Shown piece by piece: positions 55,409-64,000 of a DNA stretch of 64,000 bases (its first letter is position 1; every line of letters begins with the position of its first letter). Under the pieces are notes generated by a model. The model made no database searches. It was not told the DNA's origin and saw nothing but the letters and a program-made list of their open reading frames with translations. The translations under genes and the position numbers were made by a program. The stretch is from an uncultured Chloroflexia bacterium (GTDB taxonomy: Bacteria > Chloroflexota > Limnocylindria > Limnocylindrales > CSP1-4). The stretch lies in the NCBI GenBank assembly GCA_963790915.1, contig CAWBQS010000003.1, forward strand, positions 1,451,711 to 1,515,710. Reading direction: 5' to 3'.

Positions 55409-56524
55409 ATGCCCCGGGGCCACCGCGCGCGCATCGCCAGCGCTCGCGAGGCCTGGCTCGCCCGTGCCCTGGCCACCGGTCCGGCCGACCGTCCCGCCGT
55501 GGAGGCGGCGCTGGCGACGCTGTACATCCGCGCCGGCCTGCCGGCGCCGGTCGTCCTGTGGCGGCGATCACCCATCGCGGGCGCCCAGGCCGTGTCGCAG
55601 CTCCAGGGCACGGCGGCCGCCGACGCGCGTGTGCGGCACGGCGTCGGGTCGTTCGTGCTCGGTCGCGTCCAGGCTGGCGCATACGCGCAGCTCGACATGG
55701 CCCTGCATGGCGCCAGCACCGAGCGCCTTCGGGTGATGCTGGAGCAGGAGGTCGGCGCGTGGCTCGCAGGGCGCCTGGCGTCCCTGCGCACGACCATCGA
55801 AGATGGCGCGACGCGCCGCCTCGACCGACCGCCGGGCGTGCCCATCCGCGGCCAGCTGCCGGCATGGCCGGCGCCCTGGCAGCACGTCATGTCGGCGGGC
55901 CTTGGCCACCTCGACGCCGACCGGATCGCTCTCCACGACGTGGCCCGGCAGCTGGGCCTCCACCGTGACGTCGAGCACGCCGCCTTGCTCGACGCGCTCG
56001 TGGTCCTGGCCGGTTCCGGCTGGTGCTGGCCGTTCGAGGGGATCGTCGTGGTCTGCGAGCGCCCCACGGTCATCCATCTCGATGAGGCCCTGCGCCCACA
56101 CGCGTCCGACGGCCCCGCGGTCGTCTACGACGACGGGCTGGAACTCTTCGCCTGGCACGGCACGCTCGTGCCGCGCCGGGTCATCGAGCTCGAGACGCTC
56201 ACCGTGCGGGCCATCGTGAACGAGCCCAACATCGAGGTGCGGCGGCTCATGATCGAGCGCTATGGCGTGGGTCGCTTCCGCCGCCACGCCGGCGCGGAGC
56301 TGGTCCACCGCGACCGCTGGGGCACGTTGTGGCGCCTCCGACTTCCCGGTGACGAGCCGCTCACGACGGTCGAGGTCGTCAACAGCACCCCGGAGCCGGA
56401 CGGCCGCCGCCGCCGCTACGAGCTGCGGGTGCCACCGACCATGCGCACGGCCCTGGGTGCCGTGGCCTGGACGTTCGGTCTGTCGCCGGCCGCGTATGCC
56501 CGCCGCATGCGCCGCGAGACGTGA
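55409..56524 (+). CDS. DUF6745-like domain protein
   Basis: N-terminal PADRPAVEAAL...LY...GL..P, C-terminal WPFEG...ERP, HASDGPAV.YDDG..LFAWHG, NIEVRR.MIERYG, VVNSTPEPDG and LRVPP. Confidence 0.72.
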   Translation: MPRGHRARIASAREAWLARALATGPADRPAVEAALATLYIRAGLPAPVVLWRRSPIAGAQAVSQLQGTAAADARVRHGVGSFVLGRVQAGAYAQLDMALHGASTERLRVMLEQEVGAWLAGRLASLRTTIEDGATRRLDRPPGVPIRGQLPAWPAPWQHVMSAGLGHLDADRIALHDVARQLGLHRDVEHAALLDALVVLAGSGWCWPFEGIVVVCERPTVIHLDEALRPHASDGPAVVYDDGLELFAWHGTLVPRRVIELETLTVRAIVNEPNIEVRRLMIERYGVGRFRRHAGAELVHRDRWGTLWRLRLPGDEPLTTVEVVNSTPEPDGRRRRYELRVPPTMRTALGAVAWTFGLSPAAYARRMRRET

Positions 56525-56592
56525 GCTTCGTGCGGGCCCCGGCCCATGCCGAGTGGCCGATGCGCCACGTGCCGGTAGCCCGTGGCCCCCGG

Positions 56593-57047
56593 TCAGCCAG
56601 GCTGGCGCAGGCGATCGAGCGCTGCGTCGACCCGCTTCGCCCGCGTCTCTGGGCGCTTGGCCTCCGCGACGGGGTCTGCGAGCTCGCGCCGCCGAGTGAA
56701 CGAGAGCGCCTCGAAGCGGGCGCGCAGGTCAGGTTCGGCGGCCAGGGCCGCCTGCATCTCCGGCGGGACCTCCAGGACACGCGGGATTCGTCGCGGGAGA
56801 CGACGACGCTGACCTCGTCCCCGACGCTGACACCGGCGGCCTCGCGTGTCGCCCTGTGCACGCCCAGGTAGAGCGCGCCGCGGTAGGGCATCGTGCTGCT
56901 GCGATGCTCGACGCCGTTGACGGTGCCGATGACGCGCATCTGCTTGATGCCACCCAGCGCCGTGGCGGTCTCCGGCGGCACGAGGATGACGGCGCCGCCA
57001 CCGCGCGCCGACTCGATGACACCCGTGAACCGGTACCGCTCGCTCAT
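56593..57047 (-). CDS. DUF1905 plus YdeI/OmpD-associated domain protein (frameshifted)
   Basis: RVIGTVNG and REAAGVSVGDEV, then VPPEMQAAL...FEALSFTRRRE...AKRPETR. Confidence 0.78.
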
Positions 57048-57208
57048 CGATGGCCTTCCTCCGCGTGACTCGATCGGGTGCCATGGTGCCAGCCCATGCC
57101 ACGCCCGTCGACGTCGGGAGACTTGACGGGACGCGTACCCTCTGGCGACAGAACGGTCGGCGCACGCGGCTCAGGCCGCCGGGGGCGTGCCCATCATCGG
57201 AGGTCACG

Positions 57209-58306
57209 ATGGCTGCATCACTCCCGCCCACGCATGACGACGCCCGTCGGGATGCGCTGGCCGGCCGACTCTTCCAAGCCACCCTGGGTGCCTTCGACCT
57301 GCTTGCGATCCACCTCGGCCTGGACCTCGGCCTGTACGCTGCGCTCCGGACCGGCGGCCCGGCCACGGCGGCCGAGCTGGCCGAGCGGGCTGGCATCCAC
57401 GCCCGCTATGCCCGCGAGTGGCTGGAGCATCAGGCCGTCGCCGGGATCCTGGATGTCATGGTCCCGACGGCCGACCCCGACGAGCGCCGCTATGCGCTGC
57501 CAGCCGCGCACACCGACGTCCTGCTCGACCCCGACCACCTCGCCACCATGGCCCCCATGCCCCTGTTCGTGACGGCCGCCGCCCGGACATGGCCGACCCT
57601 CCTGGAGGCGTATCGGACCGGCGATGGCGTGGACTGGAACGACTACCCCCGCCTGTCGGAGGCCCAGGAGCTGGCCAACCGGCCGCTGTTCCAGCGTCTC
57701 CTCACCCAGGAGTGGCTGCCCGCCATCCCGGATGTCCACGAGCGCCTCCGGGCCGGCGGCGCACGGGTCGTCGACGTCGCAGCCGGCAGCGGTTGGTCGT
57801 CCATCGCCATGGGCCGTGCCTATCCCGGCATCACGGTGGACGGGCTCGACCTCGACGCGCCCGCGATCGCCCGTGCTGCGGAGAACGCGGCAGCGGCCGG
57901 GCTCGCCGACCGGGTGCGTTTCCGGGTCGTCGATGCCGGCCAGCACGACCTGGATGGCCAGTTCGACCTGGCCACGATCTTCGAGGCCGTGCACGACCTG
58001 GCACGGCCGGTGGAGGTGCTGGCGGCCGTGCGCGCGCTCCTCAAGCCGAGTGGTGTGGCGATCGTCATGGACGAGAAGGTGGCCGAGACGTTCACGGCCC
58101 CGGGTGACGAGCTCGAGCGCCTCATGTATTCCTACAGCCTCTTCTTCTGCCTCGCCAACGGCCTGGCGGAGCGCCCGAGCGTGGGCACCGGCACCGTCAT
58201 GCGCCCCGAGACGTTCCGTGGCTACGCGGAGGCGGCCGGCTTCCGCCGCGTCACCATCCTGCCCATCGAGCACGAGGTCTTCCGCTTCTATCGCCTCGAG
58301 CCCTGA
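57209..58306 (+). CDS. Class I SAM-dependent methyltransferase with N-terminal winged helix
   Basis: GLDLGLY, YAREWL, VDVAAGSG, GLDLD and FEAVHD. SD ggagg upstream. Confidence 0.85.
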   Translation: MAASLPPTHDDARRDALAGRLFQATLGAFDLLAIHLGLDLGLYAALRTGGPATAAELAERAGIHARYAREWLEHQAVAGILDVMVPTADPDERRYALPAAHTDVLLDPDHLATMAPMPLFVTAAARTWPTLLEAYRTGDGVDWNDYPRLSEAQELANRPLFQRLLTQEWLPAIPDVHERLRAGGARVVDVAAGSGWSSIAMGRAYPGITVDGLDLDAPAIARAAENAAAAGLADRVRFRVVDAGQHDLDGQFDLATIFEAVHDLARPVEVLAAVRALLKPSGVAIVMDEKVAETFTAPGDELERLMYSYSLFFCLANGLAERPSVGTGTVMRPETFRGYAEAAGFRRVTILPIEHEVFRFYRLEP

Positions 58307-58353
58307 CGCCTCCGTGAGTGGGCGACGATGCCGGAGATCCGCGGACGAATGCC

Positions 58354-59166
58354 CTAACCCACGAGCCGAGGCAGCGCACCGCGGATCCGTCCCCGGTGGA
58401 AGGTCACCTGGCCATCCTGGAGCGACGCTGCCAGACCTGATGGCTGTGCCTGGAGGAGCGCGCCACGGCCGTCAAGCACACAGCTGCCGGCATCCTCCGG
58501 CGGCAGAAGGGTGATCGTCTCCCGTGCCGCGTCGAGGATCCGATGCCAGCTCTGTGAGAGCGCCGCGGCGTCCGGCGGAGCGCCGGCGAAGGCAAGCTGA
58601 GCGACCTCATCGGCCGAGTAGCGCCCGGAACGCGCAGCTGCTTCCAGGATGGCGCCCGGGCCAAAGCCCGGATCCTTTCCGGAGGCCGCCCAGGCCAGGT
58701 AGCCGAGGGGCTGCACTCGCTCGTCGCAGGCGATGACATCCACCCAGTCGCGGACCTCCAGGCGACCCACCAGGGCGAGGACCTTGTTGGTGGCGAGGTC
58801 GAACGGATGCAGCGTAAGCCCCAGCTCTGCGTGCTGCTGCAACGGGAAGAACCGGAAGGCGCTGTCACGCGCCCACTCCAGGCGTGCCTGGTCCGCTCCG
58901 TCATCGACTTCGGCTTCCACGATGCCCGGACGCTCCCGCAGCACGCGCACGCCCAAGCCCTCAGCCTCCAGGAGCGCTCGGTCCTTCTGCCAGCTGGCTT
59001 CGAGGGCCTCCTCCGTGTCGTGGAAGAGATCCACGTCGCGCGAGATGCGTGACGTCTCGAGGAGCTCGTTGAGCGCGGCGCCACCCGCGACGTAGCTCTC
59101 GCCCGAGGCGACGCGGTTGGCGGCTAGGAGTCGGCAGATGCGGCGCTGGAGGTCTGTAAGAGCCAT
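58354..59166 (-). CDS. AbiEii/DUF1814-like nucleotidyltransferase (putative toxin)
   Basis: YVAGGAAL, RISRDVDLF and ATNKVLALVGRLEVRDWVD. Confidence 0.75.
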   Translation of the reverse strand: MALTDLQRRICRLLAANRVASGESYVAGGAALNELLETSRISRDVDLFHDTEEALEASWQKDRALLEAEGLGVRVLRERPGIVEAEVDDGADQARLEWARDSAFRFFPLQQHAELGLTLHPFDLATNKVLALVGRLEVRDWVDVIACDERVQPLGYLAWAASGKDPGFGPGAILEAAARSGRYSADEVAQLAFAGAPPDAAALSQSWHRILDAARETITLLPPEDAGSCVLDGRGALLQAQPSGLAASLQDGQVTFHRGRIRGALPRLVG

Positions 59167-59360
59167 CGTCTCAGTGTGGCAGCCCGGCGGAACGACTCAA
59201 GGTCACCGTGTCGCTCGATCTGCTCCAGCACGCGGATGCGCTCCTCCGTGGTCGCGGGCCGGTAGTCCGGACGCAGGAACCAGAGACTCCTGATGCGCTG
59301 CTCGTCCACGAGCTGGTCGATGTCGGCGACCGTGAAACCCGCTGGCTCGGTGGTGCTCAT
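59124..59360 (-). CDS. Small hypothetical protein upstream of the nucleotidyltransferase (putative antitoxin)
   Basis: 78 aa, LWFLRPDY...IERHGD. Overlaps the NTase start by 43 bp. Confidence 0.6.
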   Translation of the reverse strand: MSTTEPAGFTVADIDQLVDEQRIRSLWFLRPDYRPATTEERIRVLEQIERHGDLESFRRAATLRRWLLQTSSAASADS

Positions 59361-59417
59361 CTCACGGGCGATGATAGGGGCGGCACACGGTCCCGAGGGC
59401 GGCTGGCGTGCCGCTGT

Positions 59418-61759
59418 CTACGCTGGCGCCCAGGCCGGCATGGAGGCATCGCCGCTCGTCGTGAGCTGCCGGTAGCCGCCCTGGCGCGAGGCGAGGTAGA
59501 TGTCAGTCACGCCATCGGCCGACGTCGCGCCGAAGGCCAGCCATTCGCCGTCTGGCGAGACGGCCAGCCCATCCGACCCGATGCCCAGCCCGGAGGTCAG
59601 CGAACGCACGGTACCGTCCTGGAGGTCGACGGCATAGAGATCGCCGTAGAGCCCTCCGCCGTGCACGAACGCGATCGTGTCGTCCGCCAGCCAGCGCAGG
59701 CCGGTGAGGCTGGCGTCCATCGTGAACAGCGTCTCCGTCTCGCCGCTCGCGACGTCCATGGCGCTCACGACCGTGCCCTCATCCCCGGTCCAGGCCGAGG
59801 CGATCCGCTGCCCATCCGGCGACCAGGTGGCGTTCCAGCCGGGTCCCAGGACGCGCTGGTCCGAGCCGTCGGGACGGACGACGGTGACGTAGGGTACGCC
59901 GCTACCGGTCGTGACCATGACCCACGACCCGTCCGGAGACCACTGCGGGTCGGCGCCCGCCAGCGGCACGGTGTCCCCGCTCGCCAGGTCGCGGATCCAG
60001 GCGTCACCCATGTCGATGCGCGACCGGCTGAAGGCGATCGAGCCGCCGGTCGGCGACCATCGCGGACCCCAGCCGCGCCCGATGATGCGCTCGCTGGCCT
60101 CGGTGGCCATGTCCATCGTGCAGATCGACGACGTCGTGACGTCGTCGGCGGTGCCACACGTGTAGGCGAGGCCCGCACCATCGGGCGACCAGCTCGGCGC
60201 TGTCCCCGTGGCGAGTGGCGAGTCCGTGCCGGTGTCCGTCTGCAGGAGTCGGATCGTTCCGCCGCCGTCCGCTGAGCCGCGCCACGTAGGCGATCCGACC
60301 AGCCGGGGTCGCGACCGTGTCAGGCAGGGGAGCAGCGTCGGCAGGCGGCAGGCTGACGACCATAGCCGCGGCTGTCTCGGCAGGTGCCGCATCGGTCAGC
60401 GGCGGGCTGAGCAGCGCCATCGAGGCGAGGTCGCCGCGCCGCGCGGACCAGTATCCGGATGTCGCCACCACGCGATCTCCGAAGGCGGCCATGTCCACGT
60501 CGATGAAGTCCTCGACGCCCTCCGGCATCTCCGGCTGGACGGAAGCCCTGCCCCAGGTCAGCCCGTCGGGCGATGACCAGAGGGACAGACCACGACGCCG
60601 GCACTCTGATGTCTCGCAGGTCGGCACGAGCGCCTCGAAGCCGTCGGCCGTGGCGGTCAGGGCCTCGTGGCGACCAAGCGGGCCGCCCACCGGGCGGCCG
60701 AACGGGCGGACCGCTGCCTCTTCCCAGGCGATGGCGTCCGCCGAGAAGAGGATGCCCTCGCTGCCCCGGTTGCCCGCCTTGATGCCCGTGATCCAGCCGA
60801 GGGCGTTCCCGGCTGCGGACATCGGATAGCCCGACTTCCGGCCAAGGTCGCCCTTCTCCCAGGTCAGTCCGTCGCTCGATCGCCAGAGCTGCGGTCGGCA
60901 GCGGCCGGTCGTCCAGTCATACATCCGAGACCACTTGCCCTCCGGACCGGCCGCCGCCTTGGCGGCCGGGCAGACCGTGCCGACCGCGATGGCCGCGGTG
61001 CCCGTCGTCGGCGCCCGATGGCGCGATGGCGATGCTGTCGATGCCGCCGGCCATGGGCGTCTCCATGGTGTCGATATAGGCGCCCACGTCGAAGACCTCG
61101 TCACCGTCCGCGAGCGTCCAGGTCAGCCCGTCGGGGCTCGACCAGATGGCCGCCCGGGGTGCCGGCTTGACGTAGAGGACGCCACCCAGCAGGTAGCCGT
61201 CCTCCGAGCCGGCGATGGCGTGCAGCCACGGGCCGGGGACCATGAGCTGCATGAGCCCCTCGGTCTGGAAGCCCTGCGGTGCGGGCACCCGCTCCCAGGA
61301 GCGCCCGTCGGCCGAGCGCCAGAGCGCGGGCGCGAGTGACCCGGGTCTGCCGCCACCAGCGGCCCAGCCGTAGGCCACGAAGCCGCCGGGTCCGTAGGCG
61401 ACCCCCTCGACGCCGATCTCGGGGCCGCTCGTGGCCATCGTGAAGCGGCCCAGGTCGAGTCCGCTCGTGCGGGCCTCGACGGCTTCCCAGGAGACGCCGT
61501 CGGTGCTGATCCAGGGCTGTCCCCAGCAGCGCCCGAGGTCCCCGTTCTTCACGCGCTCGCAGGCGCGCCCGCCGACCGCGACCACGAGGTCGGACCCCAC
61601 GGCCACGCCCGTGGCCAGGGCACTGGTGTCCTCGGTCTGGGGCAGCACCGTGGCGCTCCAGGCGTCCGTGTCGATCCCTGGCGCATCCTGCGCCATGGCG
61701 GTCGGAGTCAGCGCCAGGATCAGCGCCGCTCCGGCCAGTGTCGTCATCGCCCGGTCCAT
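59418..61759 (-). CDS. Secreted Asp-box/BNR-repeat protein fused to a TolB/PD40-like propeller (frameshifted)
   Basis: Signal peptide ending AMAQD, repeated W-x-S-x-DG-x-(S/T)W, then WSPDG/WSPTG repeats. Stitched from ORFs 60917, 60004 and 59418. Confidence 0.7.
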
Positions 61760-61853
61760 CCCGGACCCCCTTTCGGTGTCGACGTCCCGTGGATCGATGG
61801 ATGTCGGCGGTGCCACCGCCGGGTTCGACGTCGGTGAGGTGCGCCGCTCCTTC

Positions 61854-63161
61854 CTAGGGCAGGGGTGGGCTGAGGAGCGCGATCGAGCCACCGGGAACGT
61901 CCACCCCCTCCGTGGCCGACGCGGTCACCAGGAGCCGGTCACCAAGGACCGCGGTGTCCACGTTCTGGAGCCACATCGGGCCGAGGGGCATCGGCGGCTG
62001 TGCCTGCTCCATCGCCCAGTTCGTGCCGTCGCCCGACGACCAGAAGGCCAGGCTGGCCGGTCCCTGCGGGAGCGTCTCCGGGACGGCGACCAGGGCGTAG
62101 TCGTGGCCACCCGCGGCGGTCAGGGTCTTCACCTCGCCGCCCACGGGGCCACCGTAGGCGATGTCCCATGGCGCGCCCCCATCGGCGCGGAGCAGGACGG
62201 ACGAGCAGTCGTCCCAGCAGGCCGGGGCCGCCACGACCAGTCGATCGCCGACCGTCGCCACGCCGGAGGCAGCGCCTCGGCTGCGGGCCATGTCTCCGAC
62301 CTCCCAGGCCGATCCATCCGATGTCGTCCACTGCTGGCCCCAACAGGTCCCATTCCAGGCCCAGGGCTTCTTGTCGATGGCCGGCGCGCAGGCCTGGCCG
62401 ACGGCCACGACGCCGTCCGCAAGGGAGCCGGTCGTGCCGTCCGCCGGAGCGGGAAGGAACGCGAAGGCGTTGACCCCACCCGAGAGTGGGTCCTCCAGGG
62501 TGTCGATGTAGCCGCCGATATCGAAGGCACGGGCGCCGCCCTTGGCGCCCCCGGCCAGCGTCCACGTTCGCCCGTCCGGGCTGGACCAGATCGCCGCCCG
62601 CGGTGAACGCTTCGCGTAGATCACGCCACCCAGCAGGTAGCCGTCAGCAGCGCCGAGGATGGTGCGCATGCGGGCACCCTTGGCGAAGCTGTCCGGGCCC
62701 GTGAGCCGCTCCCAGGTCGTGCCGTCATCGGAACGCCACACCGCCGGCACCTGGCCGTCCTTCCCTGTCTGGACACGCCCGTAGGCCAGGAAGCCGGCGG
62801 GCCCGTAGGCGACGCCGTCCAGTCCGACCTCGGGGCCACTGAGGACGGGCCGGCTGATGCCCAGGGCGAGACCTGCCGTGGCGCCATCGACCGCCTCCCA
62901 GGTGCTGCCGTCCGGGCTCGTCCATGCCGCGCCCCAGCACCGCCCGGGCTCGCGTTCGCTGTTCCACACGCAGGTGCCCTTGCCCACCGCCACGACCGAG
63001 GTGGGGCCTGCGGCCACGCCGCTGACCAGCGCCTCGCCGCCGGGCAGCACCGTGGCGGACCAGCCACCTGCATCGGTGGCTGGCGCATCCTGCGCCGTTG
63101 CCCCCGGAGCCAGTGCCAGCACGAGGGTCGCCCCAACCATCATCGCCATCTTCCGGTCCAC
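61854..63161 (-). CDS. Secreted Asp-box/BNR-repeat protein (paralogue of the downstream gene)
   Basis: Signal peptide ending ATAQD, with WTSPDGSTW, WRSDDGTTW, WSSPDGRTW, WTTSDGSAW and WSSGDGTNW. Confidence 0.78.
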   Translation of the reverse strand: MDRKMAMMVGATLVLALAPGATAQDAPATDAGGWSATVLPGGEALVSGVAAGPTSVVAVGKGTCVWNSEREPGRCWGAAWTSPDGSTWEAVDGATAGLALGISRPVLSGPEVGLDGVAYGPAGFLAYGRVQTGKDGQVPAVWRSDDGTTWERLTGPDSFAKGARMRTILGAADGYLLGGVIYAKRSPRAAIWSSPDGRTWTLAGGAKGGARAFDIGGYIDTLEDPLSGGVNAFAFLPAPADGTTGSLADGVVAVGQACAPAIDKKPWAWNGTCWGQQWTTSDGSAWEVGDMARSRGAASGVATVGDRLVVAAPACWDDCSSVLLRADGGAPWDIAYGGPVGGEVKTLTAAGGHDYALVAVPETLPQGPASLAFWSSGDGTNWAMEQAQPPMPLGPMWLQNVDTAVLGDRLLVTASATEGVDVPGGSIALLSPPLP

Positions 63162-63409
63162 ACCGATCCCCCTTTCCGGTCTTCGACCTGGCGAGAATGT
63201 GAGCCGCAGGGGTTCTCGGCGCAAGAGACGGATTCCCCAGTAACCCGATATGGTCCATGGCTGAACGTTTCTTAGTGTCGCCGCAATCGGACCGAACCCG
63301 AGTGAGCCCTGAACGCTCGGCACCGACTGCGCGATGATTGCGGCGGATGCGCCACGCGCCATCTGCCCGTCCGACGGGTGCGCGCCCGAGAGCCGTGGAA
63401 AGGAGACCC

Positions 63410-64000
63410 ATGACGCCCACCTTCCGCCAGGCGATGGAAGACGGCTACGCCCTCGATGAGCCGGCCATCCACCTCGGCGCCCCGATGGCGGCTGGCGAGG
63501 CACTGACCGGCGTCCGGGTCCAGGTGGGCCTCTCCATGCTCAACCGCCACGGGCTCGTGGCCGGCGCGACCGGCACCGGGAAGACCAAGACGCTGCAGCT
63601 CATGGCCGGCCAGCTGTCGCGGGCAGGCGTGCCGGTCTTCGTCGCGGATGTCAAGGGCGACCTGACCGGGATGACCCTACCCGCCGATCCTGCCGACCCC
63701 CGGATCGCCGAACGCGCCGCCCAGGTCGGCATCACCTTCGAGCCCGATGCCCATCCCGTGGACCTTCTGTCGCTCTCCGGGGACCTTGGCGCGCCCGTGC
63801 GGGCCACGGTCTCATCGTTCGGGCCGATGCTGCTGGCCAGGGTCCTCGACCTCAACGCGACCCAGACGAGCGTCCTTGCCCTCGTCTTCAAGTACTGCGA
63901 CGACCAGCATCTGCCACTCCTCGACCTCGCGGACCTGCGCACCACGCTGAAGTACCTGGGTACCGACGAGGGCAAGGCGGTCCTGGAGGAATACGGCGGC
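63410..64000 (+). CDS. DUF853/HerA-like P-loop ATPase (YjgR-like; 3' truncated by window edge)
   Basis: NRHGLVAGATGTGKTKTLQ, FVADVKGDLTG and VSSFGPMLL. SD aggag upstream. Confidence 0.85.
   Translation, partial: MTPTFRQAMEDGYALDEPAIHLGAPMAAGEALTGVRVQVGLSMLNRHGLVAGATGTGKTKTLQLMAGQLSRAGVPVFVADVKGDLTGMTLPADPADPRIAERAAQVGITFEPDAHPVDLLSLSGDLGAPVRATVSSFGPMLLARVLDLNATQTSVLALVFKYCDDQHLPLLDLADLRTTLKYLGTDEGKAVLEEYGG

Overview
A very GC-rich bacterial window. The gene content fits a high-GC Chloroflexota- or Actinomycetota-like organism, but the taxon cannot be fixed from the sequence alone. Many genes, including housekeeping trp genes, carry single-base indels, which looks like long-read consensus error rather than mass pseudogenisation, so CDS coordinates below are stitched across frames. 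Layout: (1) 1-21.5 kb, a large rare-sugar uptake and catabolism cluster: two ABC systems, oxidoreductases, an amidohydrolase/lactonase-like protein, an epimerase-like protein, IclR, a DapA-family aldolase, an FGGY kinase, a transaldolase, and a convergent Zn-ADH/SDR/RpiB/split-transketolase operon. (2) 21.6-29.5 kb, a GbsR/MarR regulator, trpD, an apparent TrpC-TrpF-TrpB triple fusion, trpA, a HAL2-type nucleotidase and an AroE-like protein with an altered active site. (3) tRNA-Ser(GCT) and tRNA-Arg(GCG). (4) 29.8-59.4 kb, an accessory region with seven toxin-antitoxin-type pairs, a 15-bp repeat of the tRNA-Arg 3' end, a duplicated vapBC cassette, a serpin, a duplicated SNF2-SWIM helicase, an HNH nuclease, a YhaO/YhaN-like nuclease-ATPase pair, a Cas4-like nuclease and a DUF6745-type gene pair. 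(5) Two secreted Asp-box repeat paralogues and a truncated DUF853/HerA-like ATPase. The most notable observation is a palindrome, TGTGCCAG-N5/6-TGGCAC, found three times, each copy intergenic and next to a DNA-processing gene. It is a candidate uncharacterised regulon operator or recombination site.
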